Shown here in pieces: positions 1 to 10,800 of a DNA stretch of 64,000 bases. Origin of the DNA: Trichoplax adhaerens (Eukaryota > Animalia > Placozoa); assembly GCF_000150275.1 (NCBI RefSeq), contig NW_002060945.1:4513397-4577396 (forward strand), read 5' to 3'. Within the stretch, counting starts at the first letter, position 1. Every line of letters begins with the position of its first letter. Both the position numbers and the translations under genes were made by a program. Below the pieces are notes generated by a model. That model was given only the letters and a program-made list of their open reading frames with translations. It was not told the DNA's origin and made no database searches.

Positions 1-1977
1 AAAATGATGTGCACAATAATAAGAATCAACTGAATACTTCGCAATTAAATGAACGAGATCATCGTGAAAATTCTTCACATAGTATGAATAATTTGCTAAG
101 AGAACTCAATGTAGAATTTGTAGATCTTCCTAGGATAGAACAAGAAAATAATCGATCCAGATCTAGAGGTAAGTTTTCTAGCAGATTTCATTTGTTCTTA
201 ATCATTTCCTGAAACCACTATGCCAGGAATATTTTAAATGTTATTTCTGCTATTGCAGCAATTTCGTTACCAATTGTTTGGAGTCAGAAATCTAAAACTG
301 ATAATATACTGGATACACAAGATATGTCGATGCTCGTGAAAAATGCGTTGAACTGGTACAAACCAACGTTGAGCCAAAAAGAGGGTAGGAATGTTAATGA
401 GCTCTTTTCCAGTTCACTTATGCAATTTAGTACTTATATGGATCGCTTAGCAATTAACCTTTAAAAACTTGTTTCATGATCAATTACTAACACCGGAAAA
501 GTTGTTGTTTTCATATTTCATTTACATTCTGTATGTCTTGCCATTTTAGTCACGGATATCCTAGGTTCATCTTCGATAGGTTCGTTTGTTGTCCGTGATA
601 GCACGAGTTTTAAGGATGCCTTTGACTTAGCGATAAAATCAGGTAATGATAAGATATATACTGTCTTTAAAGTAATTAAATCCAACAACTAGTAACTAAG
701 TAATACACTTGTAAGGGCTCACATAAATGCACAAGTATATAATGTTTCATTTTATATGTTTCCAAATATATTACAACAGTTTTTGTATTATCTTGTTAGG
801 TTTCAACAAAACAGAGCATTTCTTAATTGAGCCTGTGGAACTTGGTGTACAAATAAAAGGATACGACAACGAGCCTGCCTTCTGTTAGTAGTAGATAATG
901 TCATTGAATTTCATTGTTTAATTTGAAAAGTAATAAAGAATTCATTAAATATTTATACATGAGATATATTTTGGATTTACCGTATAACTATAGGCAGCTT
1001 ATCGGCTCTCATACAGCAGCATACACTGACCAGTTTAGCTCTTCCATGCAAATTATCAAGACCTGAATCAGGTACGGAATTTAGATTAGTAATATTCGAT
1101 GACTGTAATTTGGAAACATATCATCATCTCTACGATTTAAGTTTTATTTTTAACTGTTCTACTTTGTAGCTAATAATGTGATAGAGTCGAAGTTCAAACA
1201 TTATGGAAGTCCAAGTCACATAGAGCGGACGCCTGAAAGGCTCCATCAAGGAATCGGCACGTTTACTATTTATAAATACATTAAGAATAAATCGCATAAA
1301 ATATATATTTGTGTTTCTAGTCATTTTTATTTTCTTAACTGTGCTATGTTTTTTTATACAGCATTTAATGTTATGTATCTGGGGTCAATAAATGTCGAAC
1401 GTGTAAACGATTCAGAGACTTTAAACTTGTGTATAAGCAAATTTATGTCTTATTCATCACGTGATGAACCGATTCCTGTTAGTTTTAAAGCATCACTGGA
1501 GGGCGTAACTCTGACAGACGTCAACAAAATGTAAGTAGCATAAAGTAAAACATGGCAACGATGACAGATTTCTCATTTTACAATTGCAACCGTTATGAAA
1601 TTTAGACAATTCCTTCGGTTATTCTTCCCGATACACTCAATAAGTTATTGTGCAGTTGATCCTAACGAGAAAAGGTATGAAGTAATATCGACACGAAGAT
1701 AAAATTTTGTAATTTTTTGCAACACTTATATCTTTATACATACTTGATAATTTATCATTCCTTTGAATCATGCTGTAGGCAATCTGATGTCTTAAATCAA
1801 GCGACAAATAATATAAATCCAAAAAAATTACAAGCTTCGCAGCATTTTGGATTTGTTACAAAGGATGTATCACAACTTTTTGATACTTGTTGGTTATTTA
1901 CGGATATAGATCCATCAGAATCCTCATCGACTATAGCTGAGCTTGTTAATTTCCTATTGCCTTTTCATACAAGTTGA
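1..1977 (+). CDS. TNS: Tensin-family protein, 3' part (SH2 + PTB domains); 5'-truncated by the window edge
   Basis: Spliced exons <1-168, 259-384, 550-642, 800-883, 994-1071, 1170-1256, 1362-1530, 1606-1673, 1779-1977. They give WYKPTLSQKE..GSFVVRDSTSFKDAFDLAIK..HFLIEP..GVQIKGYDNEPAFCSLSALIQQH..ALPCKL (tensin-type SH2) followed by FNVMYLGSINVE..VSFKASLEGVTLTD..HFGFVTK..CWLFTDIDP (tensin PTB). Confidence 0.92.
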
Positions 1978-3765
1978 AAAATAGCGTGTATAAAATGCTT
2001 GATTACTTTGCACTTTAGTAGCAAGCCTCCCGAGAATCCTTTATCACTGTTTTGCAAATTACTAGTTTCTGTTAGCTTAGATGAGATTTTGAAATAAGTT
2101 TAGATTGATAAGAAGGGCTTGTATTTACTCGTTATGTGGCCAAAAATATTGAAAAGTATATACATCCACATTGTATCAGTTATAGGATTCATTGTACAGA
2201 AATTCTCTAAGCATCGGAATCACTGGTTCACTTCATTGTTATTTCAAAAGTAATGAATGAACTTTATTAACAGTAAAAATATTCGACACAAGATCTAAGT
2301 ATTTAGGTTTATAGCTCGTCTTTTTCAATTAGATCAAAAAGTTGATTATCTGCAATGCAATTATCACGTAATACTGTATTAGTATATTTGGTTGAAAATG
2401 CAAGTTGCGATGATATATTTACCATATATTCTTAAAAATATTAATTATTATCGTCTTTATCTGTATGATATGCAATAGATATTATCAGTTGTCAAGACGA
2501 TAAAAGACAACATATATAGCCACATAAGCTGTATATGGTATAAACAAAAATGTATGTTTATAAATATAGCCTATATATATATACAATGCACAGCAATTTA
2601 TTTAGTGTCTAGAACACAAGACAGTATATCGTATACGCCGTATTTTGTCTATAATGAACATTTCTACTTTGAAGTACAGTAAGTATCACCATGACATTAT
2701 ATCTTAACTTTCGTTAAAGTTCAATTTATATAGAATTTATATTTATTATTCCGACTACTATTCACATCACGTGCTGTCTTACCTGGTAGAATTATGAACA
2801 ATAATGCGGAAATAAAATCGTTTTTAAAGCTGCAAAATAGTTTATCTTGTTTGCTTACGGATAGTTTTAAAATATAACCGATTGTTTAAGCTAATCTAAG
2901 TCAATGCTAAATATATAATGGATGGCAAATTTCATTTACTCATCTGGATAATTATTTACTATTTAAAAATGCTGCTACGTTATAAGTTGAGCTTTTATTG
3001 AGTTTCAGTTAATTTGTACAACTTATTCATGGCTACGCTGTATAATCTTTAATCTTTATTATAATTAGTTCACATCGAGAACAATTTAAGCCAACTTTTG
3101 TACTTAGAAGCAGGTAGTAGAGCATTTTAAGGCTAATAGTAGCGTCACAGAATGATACCGCTCCAAGTGATTTAAATATGTAATTTAAAAGTTACATAAA
3201 AGTCGAATTTAGAGTTGTCTTAACCAAATGCACATACTTAGTAAAAATTTCCTAAAATCAATAAAGCTTCACGTTATTTATACGGTACATACAACATAAT
3301 TAAAGTATAATAAGTAATGGTAACGAGTCTTGCGTAGCAGGAAAGGATTTTAAAGATGTAACTACTATTTTAAAACCGTTACAGATAGCTAGATCGCAGA
3401 ACTGATCCGATACAAAAATTCCAGTGATCCACTTTTGGCCATTTTTGCGTCGTCCTTATGATTATAATTACTTTAGCGCTATTACAGTGTAAGAATTTTA
3501 TATTATAAAACAAAGTTACCTTCATCTCAAGTAATATACAAAATACTAGATTTTATGCGAACTTGATAGGCACTGCACTTTATAGCATTATATTAACAAC
3601 GGTTGAAAAATCAAGTTTACTCCTGTACAAATGAATGCAGCATAATATATATACTTTGTTGTAAATAAGTGTAAATAGTTGATAAAAAAAATAACGAATC
3701 AGAGATTTGACGTTGTAATAATTTGCTATGATCATACAGCGTTTAGTCCAACTGAGAGTCAACAA

Positions 3766-5808
3766 TTATATCATATTTAAGTGTTGGAGATGGCCCTAAG
3801 AAGTCATAGTCAGTTACCAAAAGAAATGATAAAAGAAAGAGCGTTAATATTGCTATTAATATTTTTGAATATTGGTATTGCATGCATAACACCGGTAAAT
3901 CGATCGTTACATCTTTGTTCCAACTAAAAACTATACTATCACTATGGCAAATAATTCTATATGGATATAACATCAATCTTTACTTACCCCAGTGCCACAC
4001 AAACAAAGAAAGCAATAAGAGCCGCGCCGAGATCCAGTCCAATCAGGTGCAGGATTTGTCGGATTGGCCAGATGGTAATTACTTCTAGTAGTAGCTATAT
4101 GTTGCACATGATTTTCATCGCTTTGACGCTGGCACAGTCGCTTCTAAAAGCATAATAATCCAGTAAAATAATATATTGGTATTACTTTAATTCAAATACT
4201 GTACGTAGTCATTCAACATAGGATAAAATATCGTCAATTAGCAATATGAAAACGTAGTTTATCGAGATACGCGTAAATACAATTGGATTATGATTATTAA
4301 ATCAAATAATAACCAGCCCTAGTCTTGGTGCTTAATAGTTATAGCTATATAACGTGATGTACAGCACATCTTATGAATATCAAACTGTCGAATCCAATTA
4401 TTCTATACTGATTTATAACTGGTATTGATTCAACTATCAGTAGATACTATTGTGTCTTTCTATATCTGCGTAGCTGGACTCCAAAAGCTGTTTTGACTTT
4501 CAGCAACAACAGGGCATTTGTACTTAATCTCAATATACTATAGTATTCTTTTAGAACAATGATACAGAAAATCTATATGATATGGCGTCATTTTGATTCT
4601 TATAATTTTTATGTGCTAATAACTTTTAATGTACGGATATTACAGTATCGTGATAGTAGATATATTATATATAGAGATATATGGTTTGATTCAAAAACAT
4701 CAAGCGTGCTTTTCGTTGAATTTACATAAATATGACGCCACTAAAATATTGATGAAAAATCATGTTAAAATGGCGTATGAGGTAAAAATAGGTAGAAACA
4801 TAATGAACCCTTACAGTTATAGCCAGTAGGTGTAAGAATTCTATTAGGATGACATCGACACTGTTTAAAAATTCTAAAATCGAATAATTTCTGGATTGCA
4901 TAATGACTCATGAGCTACCAATATCCTAGTATACAGTGACTGTGTAGTAGTAGCGTCAGTAACGACTGTGTAAACAAAATGACAGAAGTAAAGGAACTAT
5001 CAATATTAGATAGTCTTAAGGGATAAAGTGCATAGAGTACTATCGTTCTAAATAGTTAATTATTGAATAAGTCTAATAGGACTAGTTTTGCTGCTATTGT
5101 GAGTGATACCCTTTAGTAAAATAGTCTTATTTCTTGATCTTGATATCAATATAGCCAATAACTACAGTACACTTGTCTATTTGCTGTACAGCCATGCCAA
5201 CGGTACAATGGCGCGTTGTATACAGTACAGTAATTATGCATTTATCATTGATTCATCAAGTTCAAGCTATTCAATCACCTTTGGCAATCTCATTTTATAA
5301 TGGTCAATAAAATACTGACTATCAAGTATAGTTAATGGGCTAAGTAAATAGGATTCTACCTCATGGTGTTATTAATGCTACTGATGTGTGTAATTAGTGA
5401 ATTAATCGGATGTCAGTAAAGTGGGAGATTAACTCGTCCATGGCTGTTTCATCGGTCAATACTAATGTGTTAAATAATGCTTTAATCGTCTATCAACAAT
5501 TCCTACACATCCAGTTAGCCACTAATATCAAAAGATAAGTAGTAAAATGGATTGGATCGAGAAAAAAAAAGCTAGGATGCGCCTGCATCTCAAGTTGGAG
5601 TGCTGCAGCTGTTTACCATGAATTCAATATTCACATGTGTAGACAATCATTTCCCATCATAGAAAAGTAGCGTATCATTATCATTTGGTGATGGTAAATA
5701 CCATATCTATCAATCTATCTATATTTACATAGTACATACGCTATTTTGCAGAGGAATGTGTTCATTTATTTCAAATGATCTCTTATGTCTGCGAAGATTT
5801 TCGACCAT
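3766..5808 (-). CDS. Small (84 aa) three-exon C10orf143-like protein with a C-terminal CxxC-x5-GHxxH motif
   Basis: Exons 5808-5740 (69 nt, donor GTATGT), 4143-3988 (156 nt, TTTTAG acceptor, GTAAGT donor) and 3795-3766 (CTTAG acceptor, TAA stop), all phase 0. Product MVENLRRHKRSFEINEHIPLQNS/KRLCQRQSDENHVQHIATTRSNYHLANPTNPAPDWTGSRRGSYCFLCLCGTG/GHLQHLNMI. Resembles recalled human C10orf143 (KRVCRR...CPRCIAGESGHFSH). Confidence 0.78.
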
Positions 5809-5809
5809 C

Positions 5810-7114
5810 TTTTTCCAGGAAATGCTACTTGGCGCTCAAAGGCAGCAACGCTTTGTTTTGGAGCTTATCACTTACACTGCAGTCGGCAGGTCTCACGCCG
5901 CGTCGCATCAATCAATGGATTGTGCCCCCTGTGGACACGCGGACATACAGACAGAAGACTACAGTCCATGCCGTACAGTGTACAGTCTACAGTACAGTCT
6001 ATTCGTACTGTACAGTACTATACACTGTACTGTACACCCTAATAATGGTGCGGAGGTCCGAGAATCAGGAACTTGAGGCTTCACAGTCCTTTTTTCAATG
6101 TAATTAGTAGTACAGTACTGGACATGGGTAATTCTAAATTTTATTTTATTTGAACTACTTCTTTTTTTTAAGTTGGGTAACAAGTTACTCAAAGCTACTG
6201 CCACCCGGTGAATGGAAGCCGCTGTTAACTAGTCCTACAGCATACTCGTAAACTATGACATGGACTACTGTACTTCACTGTACTAGAGTACGACCATGAC
6301 TATGACTACTGTAGAGTACTGTACTGTACTTGCAACATTAATACTGTACTGGATCTCACGACATGGAGCCGTGACAGACATTTTTGGTTGAGTACAGTAG
6401 TCGCTGACCTGACAGGGTGAGTCTCAGCCCGACGTATTGATTGACGTCCAAGGTCATGAGATGATATCGATAATGATGGTTGCCAGTCAAGAGACTTGAC
6501 GATGCGTAAACGCGCTCTTTTCACACTGCAGCACTATACTGAATGTATAAGTATTGCAACTTTTACAAGACACACATGATGTATGTATGTGTCCCTTTCT
6601 TTTTAGTAGTCTCTGCTTAGTGTACACTGTGTACAGTGTACATTATTATAATGTCACTGACAGTCTGCCATTATTACTGATGTACTTTTACCTTTCATCT
6701 TAACAACCGCTATGTACACACACTGGACAGACGGCCTATCCTATCCTGATGGCACATTTGCCAATGAATTACAGTACTGTACTGTACAGGAAAACTTTTC
6801 TCAAGACTTGATGTACTGTACAGTACTGTACGTCACATTGCTGACGACTGACCAGTGACCACCAACCAAGACTCAGACGCCTCTACCGTGTACAGTACAC
6901 AGTATAGCAGTGTACACTGTACACTGTAGACTAGGACCGCCTGCAGTTATCATAACTTGGTACTAAAATAGGGTAACGCACAATACGAGTTCTTTCAACG
7001 AGTCATTCCTTTATATCAAAATTGTATAAAACCTATCAAAAAGCATCTAATGTTCATTTTTACTTTACAGTACTAACAGACAGCCAAGGAGGTTATCAAA
7101 TCAACCAAATCACG
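5810..7114. promoter_or_regulatory. Putative bidirectional promoter / 5' UTR region between the C10orf143-like gene (-) and the neurabin-like gene (+)
   Basis: Head-to-head arrangement, locally higher GC and CpG content, CAGTA/TACTG tracts, a candidate + strand donor (GTGAGT near 6417) and a candidate non-coding exon 7071-7114 (TTACAG acceptor, GTAATA donor). Confidence 0.5.
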
Positions 7115-7812
7115 GTAATAATGTTATTGCAGCCTTGTTTCACTTTAATAACTTGCCATTTCAATGGATAAAAGTCTATTTAATGACACTGTGGTTGATT
7201 CGTCCTTATTTTTATCAACTTAGCTTACAGAAATGAACGCATAGAAAGCTTACCAGCCTGCTGTATTACTCCAATGTCAACGGATTCAAAGGAAAACAAC
7301 GCAATATTACTGCCATCTCAAGCAGCTTGTCCTATACTGTCGTACACCTACAATTTCATACTATTCAGCAAAAAAAGCCCTTTAGAAAGGAAAAAAGTTA
7401 ATTAACTAACTGTTTTTCTAAAAAAAAAAGTTAATTAAAGTCCAATCGTTGGTGTATCTTCATTGACAATTTCAAGAAACGTCAATGCTTTCGATACAGT
7501 GAACATATGACTTGGGCGTGTTTATCGTACGCTTGGCACTCTCTTGCACTTCCATACTAATACTGTAATAGTATCACTAAACCGCGACGGTAGATTGCAC
7601 CTCATAAACACACCCTGAAACGTATCGTACGTACAGCACAGTAGATGTCCCAAGTCGACGTACTACTGTACTACGCGGAATTCAATATACCCCCACCCAG
7701 AAAAATTCAAGAATAAATAAATACAACCGCCGAATAATTATTAATTTAGTGCTATCAAAACAGCATTCAATCTTCTAGTCATCCATTTATCAACTTGCAG
7801 CTTAAAGACGTA

Positions 7813-10800
7813 ATGACATCTTTTCGTAATTTAGCAATGTCAGTCGGCGAAGACCAAGATCAAGAAGAAGAAAAGAGCATTTTCCATCATGGTACCGTCA
7901 ACAATTTGGCCAAAATGTTTGGTCAAAGTACATCTAGTCAAAGTTATAATTCTCGACAACGTAAAGTGCCAAACGTTGGTGGGGAACAATCTCCAATGAA
8001 CAGAAATGTAAAATCGAAGATCAATGCTACAAATTCCAATACTTATTCAAATCCGCCATTAAACCATTCTAATTCTAATGATGATGAAAACATCACCCGA
8101 GAAAACTTTAGACCATCTACTCGAGTTAAAAATGGAACTCAACTGTTGACCAAGAATAATCCTGATAGCGTAACCGACAACGTAGCAGGACGCAAAACAA
8201 ACACTAATGTTAATGTAAAAGGGAAGAACAACCGTTTACCTACTAAAGTAATCAATCACTTATCCAATCAAGATAATTCTCCAAGTGTTTTTAAAGTCAA
8301 GTTAAAAAAAGTCGGTATTGAGAAATTATTACAAGAAGACGAAGAGAAAAGGAAAGCAAGTGTTCAAGATGAACAAATGAATCAATCGTCCTTCGATACT
8401 GTGAATGCCAAACTGAACTACCAAATACCGCAACGAACAAAAATGGATGATGATGATGACCATAATAGATATGTGATAGCAAGTAAACAATCACCAAATC
8501 AACTTGACCATGATATGAATTACAATTCAATCCGGACTAATCCAATTACGGATAATACCGATTCAAACATTGAGAATAAAATGATAGAAGAGAATAACAC
8601 TATAAGTGAGGATAAAGAAAGTGCAAAAGATAATTCTCAGATAACCTCATTGCCTCCTTTGGAAAAGAAAACAGCAAAGCCTGATAATGTTGATATCACT
8701 TCAGGTCTATCAGTTTACACTAAAGGCAAGTATGTACCTCCTCCTTCAGTCAAAGAAAATTATGACCATAATCAATCCGTTAAACCCAACAGTAACGATT
8801 TTACCCCCTCGCTTGGTAAAAAATCCAACACTAGCGCCAGGTTAGCCTACAATTTTGCTAAAACTGGGAAAAAGAAAACTTCAAAAGACAATACACCAAT
8901 TCTTCCAAAGTCGCAAAATTCAGCCTATCAATTTAGTAAAACTGCATCCAGTCCTAAAAATCAACCAACCAGAGATGATAACCAAGACGAAATAAGCTAT
9001 AGCACTTCTAATATATCATCATCTAAATCTGTGACTGACGCGAATAATTTTGGCCATTTTATCAAAAAGAAGTCGAAAAGCGTGGATAAAAATCCACGCA
9101 TAGTAGAACAAATTAATTCCAATTCAATAAATGAGCAAAACAGTGACCAACAGTTACCGGCATCTGGTAAATCGATTCTTAAATTATCATCTAATTCCGA
9201 TAAAAAGGTTCCTTCTAGTGTCAAATTTTCCAATGATCAACCCCAAATTAATTTTACGCATTCTGCTGACGACTACGAACGAGTCATTGATATCGATGCT
9301 GCATTAAACGTAGCGCAAAATGAAATTGAAAAAAGCCTACGTAATATGGATTTAGTTCCCGTAGAATTGGCTAAATGTAAGTATTTTAAAATATTCATAG
9401 TGCAAGTCTGTTACCCTGTAAAAATTAATTAATTATGGATAGTACAAGTCAATAAATTCGACTTCGCTTCCCAAATTTAAAGAGGTCCTCTTTTTACTTT
9501 TTCTAATTTAGATTATAATTATCGATCTAGTCTATACATTCGAGTTATAGGCATTAATTAAATTATTATTCTTGGTAAAAAATAGGAATTTTAAAATACG
9601 TATAAACAATAAATTTTATTATTTACGGGTATATAGCTATTGTAATTAATTAGCGTTGTGGTTTAACTCAAAAGGTAGAGTGCGGCATACCCAATCTTGA
9701 TAATATGTGAAGTATATTATAGTTAAATTTTTTATTTTATAAAATACAGTAGTTAAAAATCAATCACGTTATTTCACAAATAGAGATCGACCGAAATATA
9801 TCTTCTGTTTTACACAATGATAATTAATCTATGAATCAATCATTAATCCTACGTGTGCGTATAAAAGTGTATATCTCTCTATTCTTTAGAGTGCAATAGC
9901 ATTGTTATTCATATTCGATCTTTGACATAAATTATATTATCTTATCGATCTATTGTTAGACGATAAACCTTTAGGTGTAACAATCAAGAAAGTATGGGTT
10001 GGAGAAAATGGCGAAGGAGACGATTTATTATCTGTTTATATAGACTCAATTGTGCCTGGTGGAATCGCCGATCGAAGCAAAAAGTATAGTAATCTTTTTT
10101 AAGAGTTTAATTTTAAAACGCAACTATTATTCTGCTAAATGTAACTAATACAGTGGCCCGATTGATAAAATCTTAAATCTACTTATACAGTATAAACATT
10201 GTACTGTGCTGATAGGCGCATTTTTTTTATACGTACGAGACTAGGGACCGCTCAAGAAATATTTATAATCCCCATGTTATATAGGGAGTGTAACCGGGAG
10301 AAAAATTTCTTGAGAGGTCCCTGACAAAATATAGGATTGGAAATTTCTATGATACGCGTATATCATCTATAGTCATACAGTTAGCATAAATATATCCATT
10401 GAGAATGACGTCAGTTAGATTTTTATGCTGCTATACAATTATTTGTTATGTTAATTTAAATTTCCGCCAGTTACTTCCATCTACAAAGAATCATTTAATA
10501 CCTGAATTTTTTTTATACAGAAATTCGATCTGATTTTATCCATAGTAGTCCTTTCTATATCTTGGCTTTAATGTTAGCAAGAGAGCGTAGTCAAATAACA
10601 GTCACTGTATCATGCGTGAAAATGATGTATACTTCACTACTGCTATTATTTTTACCATCAATAGACATACAACGCAAGCGTAATCATTTATATCCTGTAA
10701 TATTTGTTTAAGATCAACTAGGCTTAGGGAAAACGAACTATTAAGTTCTATTCAATTCTACAATAATTGATGAATAGATATCATTTTTAATTATTAAAAG

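Noticed and set aside
5776-5796. RHKR furin-like site suggesting a neuropeptide precursor
   Set aside because: The spliced product has no signal peptide; the basic patch is better explained as an NLS-like part of the C10orf143-like protein.
5756-6524. Several overlapping 70-110 aa ORFs in the ORF track
   Set aside because: Their Y/S/T/V/L/Q/C-rich translations come from the stop-poor CAGTA/TACTG microsatellite; no protein motifs.
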